From positions 248,001 to 312,000 of the IMG/VR virus record IMGVR_UViG_3300027759_004177: a stretch of DNA of 64,000 nucleotides; one strand, given 5' to 3'. Position numbers and translations under genes: made by a program. Position 1 is the stretch's first letter. Each line of letters opens with the position of its first letter. Positions 50,201 to 57,522 of the stretch are shown here, piece by piece. Under the pieces are notes generated by a model, which worked only from the letters and a program-made list of their open reading frames with translations, was not told where the DNA came from and did no database searches.

Positions 50201-53200
50201 AGCGTCCTGCATCTAGGAAGTCAAAGCAATCAGGCTGGATTAATACACAGCGAATATGCACTGGTGCAAGAAAATAGTCCCAGTAGCCAACTACCACAGT
50301 CTATTATTAATAAAGCATTTGATAGTCTATGCGAAGAAGATATCGAAGGAAATCCTGTTCCTGATCCTAGCTTACCGGCTAGCCAGCGTTATGGTATCAG
50401 CATACGTCCTAGACAGACCATGTTTGTTGATCTGTATGCTGCACTAGCAAACGTTACAACTTTGGTCAATACAAAATTATATTATTATCCGGTTACCCAG
50501 CGTAAAGTATTAACTTTACTCAACAGTGAAGAAGCCCCACCAAGCTCACGCACCGGACAATATGATTTAACTGTTGATACCAAACTTGAATTGTCTTACA
50601 TTACTACCAATGGCCTGGCCGTTGGATATAAAGTTTTGGTGCTCAATGATCCAACCTATCTCACCAAGTGGGCAATATACAATTGGTCGGGCACAGCCTG
50701 GGCAGTACCTGCTGCCGGTACACGTCCACTGGGAAATGGATTGTATGGCAACTGGGTGCAATCATACAAGACCAGTCTTTATTGGAATTACATTGATTGG
50801 TATTCGGCCGATTTTGATCCCACCACAACAATCAATATCACTGTGGCAGACAACTTAGAATTTGGAAAACTAACTCTACAAGCAGATACCTATATCAAGG
50901 TTCTCAATGCCGGCAATGACAAATTTGCTATCTACTACATTGATCAAAACTTAAATCGTGTTACTGTGGGATTAGAGTCTGGCACTATTCAATTACCTGC
51001 AGCTGAAGCATTTATTCCCGGAAAAGAGTTCCGTAAAATTTTACAAAGCCTACAAACTGAAATATTCATTGACGACTTGGCCGCAGATTTTAATGAATTA
51101 TTTTTTACTTTGATCAAGTATGCGTTAGTAGAACAAAAAAATCTTGATTGGGTATTTAAAACCAGTTTTATCAGTGCCACGCAATACATTCGTAAACTTG
51201 AACAATTTGCCAGCTACATCACCGATAACCAAGACTTTTATCAAAGTTACATCAACGAAGTTAAACCATACCGCACAATCCTGCGTGAGTTCAACATCAA
51301 CTATCAACGAGACGACGAATTTGGCGGCGACATAACTGACTTTGATTTAGCACCATATTGGGACAGCAACATCAATGTGTATCGTAGTCCCAGCGGCGAA
51401 CAGAGTTATGACGCAGGATTATTAAACAACCGTGTTTATTACGACTGGAAAAACAATTATGCCTATGGCGTAGTTGACATCGTGGTTGGCGCAGGCGGCA
51501 CTGGGTATGTGACAGCTCCACAGATCATTATATCAGGCGGTGGAGGCACTGGTGCCAATGCTGTGGCACAAATAAACGGGCTTGGCGAACTGGCCAACGT
51601 CACCGTTGTCAATGCCGGCACCGGTTACACCAGCAGTCCCTCAGTTATTATCAACGGCACCGGTACAGGTGCAGTGGCCACCGCTGTATTACGCAATGTG
51701 TTTGACGGCGACGATCAAGGACACAATGTGGTTCGCAGTATTAAAACCAGTATTAAATTTGATAGATTGACCTATGATATCAAGCGACCCGCACAATGGG
51801 CAAACACCATTGCAGAATCAACTGGATTAACCAACACCAACGCAGCAGTTATGTGGGATGAAGTTACAGCAGGTCAGGTGATAGCTGCAAATACCGTTAT
51901 AAATCTTGGCGGTGACTTATACCAACTATCAACTGTGCCGCACACAGTCAGTGCCAACGTTGATTTCCCGCTGGCCAACGTATCGTCAATCAATGCTGGA
52001 ATATTGCCAACAGCCAACGATCGTATTGTGGCCTACAACGGAAACATTGACCTAAGAGCCAGTGCTGAAGGAATGGATTACCCGGGTGTCATAGTTGATG
52101 GCAGCACATACTTTGCATATGATACCGTCACCGAATGGACAGCAAACACTGACGTTGCCACAGACACACAAATTTCATACAACGGAAATGTTTACATTGT
52201 GACAGGAAATGTGTATGCCGGATATTTCGCCAACATTGTAGCCAATGTCACACAGGTCAGTGGAGAAAAAATTGACGCCATAATCCAAAGTAGATTTGCT
52301 GACAATCTAGGTTTAGACTCTGGTAACATTTATGTGGATGGCGGCGAGTATGTTGATAGATTCAGCAGCCATGCTCCAGAAGAGCTAGTTCCTGGACACA
52401 TGTTTGACAGCCTAAATCTAAAAGTATTTTCAAATACAGCACCTGCAACCAATGAATATGCATTTAGATTGTTTGACAACATGAGTGAAGATCACGCTTT
52501 TTATAGAATCAGTGATGCATACACAACCACGCTGTCTAGAGATTTGCTAATTGCCGATGACAAGATATTTGTAACTGATGGTACACGTTTACCAAACCCC
52601 AATAGAGATGCAGGCATTCCCGGTGTGGTTTTTGTCAATGGTGAAAAAATTAGCTACTATAGAAACTATGCTCAAGAAACAATAACCGCCTGGACAGCAA
52701 ATGCCACGATCCCAACAGATACCTTAACATCATTCAACGGAAATGTTTATCTAACACTGGGTAATGTGTACGCACCAAATACTCCTTGGACGGCAAACAC
52801 AACCTTTGCTGCCAATAGTTATGTGTACTTCAGCGGTAACAGTTATCGGATTACCGGAAATGTTAACGCACCATACTTTGCCAACATTAGTGCCAATACT
52901 GCATTGATATATAACAATGAAAATTCAGGATTTGCCACGATAAGTTCTAATGTTGCATTGATTGCCAATACCGCCAATGTACTAGGGCAGATACGTCGAG
53001 CCACCGACGGAACTGCACCCAACGGTCTAAACACTACACCGTGGACCACTAACATAGTACTACCTACCGGTACATATATCACATACAATAGCAACACTTA
53101 TGTGACCACTGGAAATGTTTACGGATTTAATATACCGTGGAGATCCAATATTGTGTTGGCTGCAAACACCTATTTCTTTTATGGATCCAATGTGTATCAG

Positions 53201-53866
53201 GTGTCCAGTAATGTTGGCGCCAATGTATACGGTGTTAGTTTTGCCAACATCAGTGCAAATGCAAATGTAAAATACACCGGACGCATAGACTCGGGGTATG
53301 CGAGTATAGAATCTAATGTTCGATTGTTGTACACAGGCACAAATAACATACGACATCTTGCTAACACTAGAGTAGTAGACGCCAGTGAACAACAGGTTAT
53401 ACCGGATATTGTGGTCAGTAATACCAATATAGTTGCAACTACAGCAGTTAATACAACATCCAATGTCTCATTGAGATTGCGACTAAACGGTAATATCACT
53501 GCCAACATTGGCGATTATATTTTAACAAATATTGCCAATTTACGCTTGTTAGAAACAGTGACAACTGCATCAAACATAGCAGTATTGCCACACACAGGAA
53601 ATATTTTTGCAGGTAATGCTAATGCAATTTCCGTCGTTAGCAGAATTACAGGAAATGCATCAGCTACCACAGCCCGAGTGATGTATGCCAATGTGTTAGG
53701 ACAAGTAAGCAGCGTTGGTAATGTGACTGTGTCAGCCAACACTTATGTAACACGTAGTAATATTTGGTACGGAAATGTTACAAATGCGTTCTATGGCAAC
53801 ACCCTTGCCAACAGCACTACTGCCCAAGGCACATTCTTGATGGCATCACCAGGATACATACCATGA
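41294..53866 (+). CDS. Very large baseplate/virion structural protein (gp7 position)
   Basis: 4190-aa ORF after gp6; FG-GAP-like propeller repeats, GxGY..P.V.I.G repeats, W..N.....Y.GN.Y repeats, YINEVKPYRT motif. Confidence 0.75.
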   Translation: MAIVNTINFLPRIFRTPTNQRFLGATMDHLTSDAINTPVNGYIGRTFAPTYKPGDNYVPESTDLRKNYQLEPSAVVTDSNGEITFNTGYIDLLQNIKNYGGLTDNQQRLFGSEMYSWDGHFDYDKFVNYYNYYWLPDGPDFVPIYGNQAPYTADYTVVRNGAVGGYTFTGKGYQPNTQLTLVRGGVYTFTINQPGHDFWIQRSPGVNGIDPNIPTVSTRDVYGVTNNGASTGTVTFRVPLYNAQDFYILMPIKSSVDAATTLKYIDIQNRLLSNFLNQYPDGIDGINNQLQNKTLIFIGNDEDDTNWTTPAVSPAYTSLDVASIRPGDIINDATRVKTWKINLVAVDSAATDFIIQLSPETTILAREKVFISSGKTYASQKFWLNDNLAYNVEPAITANTDRLYYQDSSNPGFVGEIRIINNTSDTIEVDTEIVGRVGYTSPNGVVFTNGLKIQFDSLVTPASYYKFEYVNYSTWLTALNDMGATVTGTSGGAVAYKDEQLVGEWNGTTGYRIREWYVEGVGTAINLVPVGQTTVPEAYGYLLDTTPDYITINRGSRDRNPWARSNRWFHKDVIAATADYNNTTENYGLNLPGRRPIIEFDSDLQLFNFGRQAKNSVDLVTFEETDAFGITIPATRVEGQITAVVDGITLAPGHRVVFANDYDLNVKNKIWEVTVIEGLGGQNYINLIATDDNPVLAGENVLVTEGDNAGKTYYFDGEDWFVSQSKSSINQMPLFDLVDADGYSFSDTTVYPGSTFAGNKIFNYNVGTGNNDTILGFPLSYQNFNNIGDIVFKSHYNTDSFTYTSDTNTGATQAIACSTGYLIKNTNLTTQEKLNSWVPGAEDSSQYQLFTKFFDGRVLDINGVNRAFVQVDVLPATTDTIPHLKVYKNNMLLTATVDYELTTYGMYNIVIFLSDPAVGDKLDVAIFSDTASKLAPYEVPKNLIQNPLNENFSTIALGQIRTHYNKLLENTSVSNRPIQDTYLKQQNGTLNQHSAPLVYAMTFLNDPMLNFVNGIDLAKKEYSRFKNKFISLCSTLSGLNYNDPVTGVDTILQNINSVKNSSFPWYYSDMVPQGGNYTTITYTVLNERQTNYEIGNIFNPVELSNRAVLIWHNGVQLTLGKDYEFSPTVPAVIFSISFAINDTIVIRDYFDTDGSFVPETPSKLGLYPKSEPLIYQDTTYQTPVNVIRGHDGSVMPAFGDFRDNYILELEKRIYNNIKADYTKNIINLYDIVPGRFRTTEYTRDEFVQILSRNFLQWSGTNNVDYTTNSWYDANNSWTWNYEKFTDTVDDKPLQGSWRAIYNYWYDTDQPNRAPWEMLGFGFEPAWWETRYGPAPYTRGNFTLWEDLEAGYVWNNGDPYTDTRFARPGLTDFIPVDSAGNLLPPTDINIVKQYNLTAGGNNYVIGQEGPVETAWIRSSDYPFAVQMAIAMAKPASYFGTQYDTSRFYVSEITGQFSSATNEKINPADLKINGDTRTGAVQRTSGYINWIADVIKNVGIDPVEKISSYLENLSVKLNYKVGGFTDKNILTVTAEQTTPGAKRAGVIIPDSNYNVYLNKSIPVSVVTYSAVIVQRTNVGYSVVGYNTNDPFFTILPSVANNKAETITVGDVSAKLYQDTTNRTISVPYGTTYSNIQQLSDFLISYERYLESVGFVFDQFDKDLQEVKNFRTSVKEFLYWSQQGWEVGTILVLNPTTDRLLLKTSGTVVDEITNTLNSGRILDQNFLPIKSGNFNIVRTENFAFGNQFGITTLNGTGICFASLNLVQFEHVLVFDNESDFGDIIYVPSQGVRQYRLSLSGAKTGAWTGALSASGYMYNTTNVSGWTAGTDYQVGDIVTFNNNYYTALDSIPATTKFNVADWAQIQESDLKTGLLPSLGLLAQQSENIYNVDRPPDNETLQLFSAGLIGFRPRDYLTDLGIGTATQTKFYQGLIKEKGTLNSITALTKGNFDNVSGNIAIFEEWGFKVGDYGDLDGNQFKEFVLDQSVFNTNPVAFTLGNTYSAGNIIVNLQANANLTISNVYNSSNLSNTSTAIYSNRDKSFYINDLPTAGYVHVDDTDLTIFNINEYNQNPDVGIGSKIWTAKDTGNNWNVYRVTETDISATTLTYVLDDYAQLLFTDKHSFQVGDLLVLKGFQVAYFDNSILENFSTNYDNIYKIVDVVNQLTVTVQLKDIAALSNLIATSPVVSEAAVYKLVSSKVPTVTAIDGLLPLHGWIDNDRIWVDTATTDAGWGVYTFNQAWPNTASGNLTANTVTANDRFGSQVTISTTGKYFYSSNPAQKQVQVFANVAGNYSANITISNSEAKFGSVLESQGNLLAVAAAGNVYVYRQNDSTTANTMAIPWVPNAFPTLGTAWTANTVIAINTQISNGSNTYITTGNVYGATFANIISNTRAVSFIPVNSIISYQSNIYVTTANVCPANVFLPTTAEKFAAITSNIQLINVLAGNVQLLQTITTGNMSGNISSVSMSADMKQIYIGGNDRVEAYTTTNGAWANIKYTWANAVTGVGAFGNVVKTNTNGTRLLIGAPNATNTYDQNGNVYYYTVNLTTNAIALTQTLSSEYKNQGAQFGYQIGTDSTAANVFIGAPGSLGTDKFYGVVEHWTHDGNVYVRAGNVSRPRDQSGAFGTTVSVSSDAKFVAVGSRGSASEETTVFDNSDTVIDNNSTKFIDSIVASGSVYVFESLMNQSNIADVVYSFTQELETGRYAQLESGDNFGAAVAVAPGLLLASAPESDLASGVVYTFNNLTNTPSWQLTRSQLPQVDIDSINRSFIYNKSNNNLIAPLDIVDPAKGKILGGVASDIDYRLDHDPATYNAGTQNTYQDYHWGPAQVGRIWWNLDNLRYTNYEQDSLIYRLNHWGDRFPESKVEIYEWIESSVLPSEFVAGGESGVPLYADDSAYSTYGYVDQSGAVRVKYYFWVALRDQANTRAGKQNSVVAITAAIENPQNQNIPYATVLRNDTIALYNVKNLLVGKNSVLHLGSQSNQAGLIHSEYALVQENSPSSQLPQSIINKAFDSLCEEDIEGNPVPDPSLPASQRYGISIRPRQTMFVDLYAALANVTTLVNTKLYYYPVTQRKVLTLLNSEEAPPSSRTGQYDLTVDTKLELSYITTNGLAVGYKVLVLNDPTYLTKWAIYNWSGTAWAVPAAGTRPLGNGLYGNWVQSYKTSLYWNYIDWYSADFDPTTTINITVADNLEFGKLTLQADTYIKVLNAGNDKFAIYYIDQNLNRVTVGLESGTIQLPAAEAFIPGKEFRKILQSLQTEIFIDDLAADFNELFFTLIKYALVEQKNLDWVFKTSFISATQYIRKLEQFASYITDNQDFYQSYINEVKPYRTILREFNINYQRDDEFGGDITDFDLAPYWDSNINVYRSPSGEQSYDAGLLNNRVYYDWKNNYAYGVVDIVVGAGGTGYVTAPQIIISGGGGTGANAVAQINGLGELANVTVVNAGTGYTSSPSVIINGTGTGAVATAVLRNVFDGDDQGHNVVRSIKTSIKFDRLTYDIKRPAQWANTIAESTGLTNTNAAVMWDEVTAGQVIAANTVINLGGDLYQLSTVPHTVSANVDFPLANVSSINAGILPTANDRIVAYNGNIDLRASAEGMDYPGVIVDGSTYFAYDTVTEWTANTDVATDTQISYNGNVYIVTGNVYAGYFANIVANVTQVSGEKIDAIIQSRFADNLGLDSGNIYVDGGEYVDRFSSHAPEELVPGHMFDSLNLKVFSNTAPATNEYAFRLFDNMSEDHAFYRISDAYTTTLSRDLLIADDKIFVTDGTRLPNPNRDAGIPGVVFVNGEKISYYRNYAQETITAWTANATIPTDTLTSFNGNVYLTLGNVYAPNTPWTANTTFAANSYVYFSGNSYRITGNVNAPYFANISANTALIYNNENSGFATISSNVALIANTANVLGQIRRATDGTAPNGLNTTPWTTNIVLPTGTYITYNSNTYVTTGNVYGFNIPWRSNIVLAANTYFFYGSNVYQVSSNVGANVYGVSFANISANANVKYTGRIDSGYASIESNVRLLYTGTNNIRHLANTRVVDASEQQVIPDIVVSNTNIVATTAVNTTSNVSLRLRLNGNITANIGDYILTNIANLRLLETVTTASNIAVLPHTGNIFAGNANAISVVSRITGNASATTARVMYANVLGQVSSVGNVTVSANTYVTRSNIWYGNVTNAFYGNTLANSTTAQGTFLMASPGYIP

Positions 53867-54549
53867 TAAATACTGATAACAAACAAAATTTAGAGGAAAC
53901 AGCAGTGGAAAATACACCAAAACAGCCCGACGATACGTCCGGAATTTATGTTCGTGGACATATCAAGATATTTGATCCGGAATCTGGCGAAGTCTACATT
54001 GACAAGTCCAACGCTATTCACTACGAAAACTTCAGTCGTGCATTGGCCAGTAGTGTTGCCAACAAAGGACAGAATTTTATCTATGAAATGGTGCTAGGTA
54101 ATGGCGGAACAAGTGTTGACACCACCGGTATCATCACATATCTTCCTACAAATACTTTGGGACAAAGCTCAAACTTGTACAATCCCACATTTAGTAAAAT
54201 AGTAGACAACACCGCGGTTGCAAATTTGGACCCAGTCAATAACAAAATGACTGTAGCACACATTCCTGGTACAATTTATACAGACATTCTAGTTACTTGT
54301 TTGCTAGACTACGGCGAGCCAAGTGGTCAAGCCCTGTTTGACAACAGTCAAAACTTAAACAGCGAATATGTGTTTGATGAATTAGGCCTGCGTGGTCGCA
54401 GTATAGATGGAACCACTGGGTTAACTTCAACTGGGTTGTTACTGACACACGTGGTATTTCATCCTGTACAAAAATCGTTAAACAGATTAATTCAAATAGA
54501 CTATACTGTGCGTATTCAAACCCTAACTAACCTTAGCTCGATAGGATAA
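53863..54549 (+). CDS. Baseplate/tail structural protein
   Basis: Start probably ATG 53863 (ATGA overlap) or GTG 53905 (SD GAGGA); GHIKIFD, NAIHYEN, LDYGEP, FDELGL, THV.FHPVQKS.NR. Confidence 0.65.
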   Translation: MINTDNKQNLEETAVENTPKQPDDTSGIYVRGHIKIFDPESGEVYIDKSNAIHYENFSRALASSVANKGQNFIYEMVLGNGGTSVDTTGIITYLPTNTLGQSSNLYNPTFSKIVDNTAVANLDPVNNKMTVAHIPGTIYTDILVTCLLDYGEPSGQALFDNSQNLNSEYVFDELGLRGRSIDGTTGLTSTGLLLTHVVFHPVQKSLNRLIQIDYTVRIQTLTNLSSIG

Positions 54550-54553
54550 TGCC

Positions 54554-56131
54554 ATGAGTTATATTGTTAACAAAACAGATGGATCAGTACTAACAACCTT
54601 ACTGGATGGTACTACCAACACCGAAACTGGATTAACTCTAATTGGTCGCAACTACACCAGCTACGGCGAAATTCAAAATGAAAATTTCATCAGATTGTTG
54701 GAAAATTTTGCCAGTACTTTGCCACCTGGACAAAGCGTAGGCTTTGCCCCAATTGCTGGACAGCTTTGGTGGGACACCACAAATCAACGACTCCGTGTTT
54801 ATAACGGATCAGAGTTTATTAACGTCAGCGAGCGAACAGTTGGAGCAACAGCACCTAGTGTAGTTAAAACAGGCGACCAATGGTGGGATACCGCAGACCA
54901 ACAACTAAAACTTTATAACGGCACCGCATGGATTGTGATAAATCCTCCATACTCTGCCACACAAGGTAAGAGTGGATCCTTGGTTGAAACAGTATCAGAT
55001 ACCAGTCTAATTTCTCATACTGTGGTCAACACCTACACCAACAATCGTTTAATTGCTGTATCCAGCTACGATCCGTCATTCCAGACTGGTGCATACAGTC
55101 AATTTAGTTTTATCAATCCTGGCATTACCCTGGCATCCAATGTGATGATACATGGTAATGTGACAAACAGTTTACAACTGGGTGGAACCTATGCCAATGC
55201 ATTTCCACGCACCACTGCAAGAACAAATTTTTTATCAGATCTTGGAGTTGCAGGCAACTTGGTAATTGGCAATGCCAACGTTTCGTACAGTAGCAATGCA
55301 TTTGTAGTGACCAATTCTGTACTTGGTGGCAACGTTGACATTTACGTCAACACCACACTAGGTAATACTCGTGCAGTTAGAATTAATGGCACCACTGGCA
55401 TGATCACTGTGTCTGCCAATCCAACCAACAATTTGGGTGTAGTGACCAAAACATACGCCGATGATATTCAATTGGCACTGAACACTAGCCTTGTGGCCAA
55501 CATAGCCAATGTCAATGCCAGTGTTGCTCAGTTACGTAGCGACTCATTTACGGCATTGACCACCAACGTCAGCATACTAACATCTGCTACCAATCAATTG
55601 CGTACAGATACCAATGCCAATGTTGCGGCCTTGGACACAGCATTCAAAGCCAATGTGTCCTCTATAGATTCTAACTTGGCCAACAAGACCACACGTATCG
55701 CAAGTCTTGAAAGTGACATAGTTCTCAAGTCTACCATTGCCAGTCCTGCATTTACAGGTACACCAACTGCTACAACACCAACAGCCAGTGATAACAGTAC
55801 ACGTATTGCAACCACAGCCTATGTGGATGCAGCCGATCTAATTGGTACCAACTATACCAATACCGTAGTCAATGCTCTAGCAATCACAACAGCAGCAAAT
55901 TTAGCTGTTGGCTTATCCAGTAAATCTAATATTGTCAGTCCATCATTTTCTGGAAACGCAACATCAGAGACCCCGGTATCAACAGATAATAGTACAAAGA
56001 TTGCAACCACAGCATTTGTTCGTGGTGCCATTACTGGCAATTTAACTCGTTGGCAAGGCAGTCGCTATACTGTAAGTACCAGCGGTCCCACTGGCGGAGA
56101 TGATGGAGATTTTTGGTTCCAGATCGGCTAG
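54554..56131 (+). CDS. Tail fibre protein (paralogue 1)
   Basis: N-terminal L.LIG.NY..YGE..NEN...LLENFA; two SP.F.G..T..TP...DNST.IATTA.V fibre repeats; coiled-coil segment. Confidence 0.75.
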   Translation: MSYIVNKTDGSVLTTLLDGTTNTETGLTLIGRNYTSYGEIQNENFIRLLENFASTLPPGQSVGFAPIAGQLWWDTTNQRLRVYNGSEFINVSERTVGATAPSVVKTGDQWWDTADQQLKLYNGTAWIVINPPYSATQGKSGSLVETVSDTSLISHTVVNTYTNNRLIAVSSYDPSFQTGAYSQFSFINPGITLASNVMIHGNVTNSLQLGGTYANAFPRTTARTNFLSDLGVAGNLVIGNANVSYSSNAFVVTNSVLGGNVDIYVNTTLGNTRAVRINGTTGMITVSANPTNNLGVVTKTYADDIQLALNTSLVANIANVNASVAQLRSDSFTALTTNVSILTSATNQLRTDTNANVAALDTAFKANVSSIDSNLANKTTRIASLESDIVLKSTIASPAFTGTPTATTPTASDNSTRIATTAYVDAADLIGTNYTNTVVNALAITTAANLAVGLSSKSNIVSPSFSGNATSETPVSTDNSTKIATTAFVRGAITGNLTRWQGSRYTVSTSGPTGGDDGDFWFQIG

Positions 56132-56134
56132 ACT

Positions 56135-57481
56135 ATGGCACGAGGAATCTTTCAAAAAATCAATGGTATATGGAAGCGGGTAATTGCTCCGTCGTATAAA
56201 GATAATGGCACGTGGAAATCCGTGCAAAAAGGATTTGTTAAACGAGACGGAGTTTGGCAACAGTTCTACCCCAGCGATGTCATTGCTGATATATTGGTAG
56301 TAGGTGGAGGCGGCGGTGGTGGAGTTGGTTATGGATATGAAGGCGGTGGTGGTGGCGGAGCCGGCGGAGTTGTATTCCAGGAAGATCAAACTTTATCGGT
56401 ACTAAACGGCAACAACTACACAATTAAAGTTGGCACAGGTGGCGGCGCCAATGAATCAGGCACATACAGCCTATTTGGCACAGGTGGTATCACATTAACA
56501 AACACAGTAACTCCGGCTGTGTACGCAGGCACATACCCAGCGTACAATGGATTTTTAAACACATACGGAGTCTGGACTCATCCAGGCATGGCTGGTGCTG
56601 CCGTTGGCACAGTATCAGCTACATACACCACACAGATACAAACAGGTCAAGATTACACTTTACGAGTCAGTGCCGACAATGCTATAGATGTTAGCATCGA
56701 CGGCAACGCAGTTGGGTCAAATGGCGATTGGGGAACATATAACGATTATCGTGTAACATTAGCATTTGGCGTTCATACTATAGTTTGTACAGCAACAAAC
56801 TGGGGCGGCCCTGCCATGTTTGCTGCAGCACTATATGATCCACAGGAACGAGTGGTTTGGGATACCAGAGCACCTATAAATTACCCTGTTGTTGTTGTAG
56901 AAAGCGGAATCACTGCATTGGGTGGCGGTAATGGCGGTTGGGGGACTTCCAATCAGACAGCAGGCTCGGGAGCCAGCGGTGGCGGCGGGTGCGGATTTGT
57001 GTATACACATGAAGGTGGCGCAGGATATCCAGGACAAGGATATGAAGGCGGTACAGGAATATGGCAAGGATTTGGCCAAGCTGGGGGTGGCGGTGGTGGT
57101 GGATTTGCTGGCGCCGGACAAGGTAGTAACGGATTTGCTGGCGGAGCAGGCGGACCCGGAATTACTATATTGGGATTTAGTGTAGGCGGTGGCGGTGGTG
57201 GTGGCTATGGAAATCGAAGCCCATATGGTAGTGGTCCAGGCGGTCCGGGAGGCTCCGGCGGCGGAGGCGATGGAAACGGTGTAGATGCACAAGCCAATAC
57301 TGGTGGCGGCGGTGGTGGTGGTCTGCACGGGGGTCAAACATCGGGTGGGCGTGGTGGCGATGGTATTGTAGTGGTACAATATGCCGGTGCACCAGCATTT
57401 ACAGGTGGTACAATTACCTATGATAACGGAATAACCACACATGTTTTCACTTCTAGCGGTTCGCTAACAGCATTAGGATAA
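56135..57481 (+). CDS. Glycine-rich tail-fibre tip/adhesin with inserted lectin-like domain
   Basis: LVVGGGGGGG...GGGGGAGG, ANTGGGGGG...G..G.VVVQY...HVFTSSG; insert with ADN..DV.IDG...NWGGPA. Confidence 0.65.
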   Translation: MARGIFQKINGIWKRVIAPSYKDNGTWKSVQKGFVKRDGVWQQFYPSDVIADILVVGGGGGGGVGYGYEGGGGGGAGGVVFQEDQTLSVLNGNNYTIKVGTGGGANESGTYSLFGTGGITLTNTVTPAVYAGTYPAYNGFLNTYGVWTHPGMAGAAVGTVSATYTTQIQTGQDYTLRVSADNAIDVSIDGNAVGSNGDWGTYNDYRVTLAFGVHTIVCTATNWGGPAMFAAALYDPQERVVWDTRAPINYPVVVVESGITALGGGNGGWGTSNQTAGSGASGGGGCGFVYTHEGGAGYPGQGYEGGTGIWQGFGQAGGGGGGGFAGAGQGSNGFAGGAGGPGITILGFSVGGGGGGGYGNRSPYGSGPGGPGGSGGGGDGNGVDAQANTGGGGGGGLHGGQTSGGRGGDGIVVVQYAGAPAFTGGTITYDNGITTHVFTSSGSLTALG

Positions 57482-57522
57482 TATTGGCGATAAATAAGTT
57501 AATATAATTAAGAAATTACAAT

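Noticed and set aside
53764-53862. Track start extensions (also 11906-11935 and 31983-32006)
   Set aside because: They overlap upstream genes or promoters; better starts are 53863/53905, 11905 and 31982
56300-57365. GGC/GGT runs as microsatellite or phase-variation tracts
   Set aside because: In-frame poly-Gly with mixed synonymous codons
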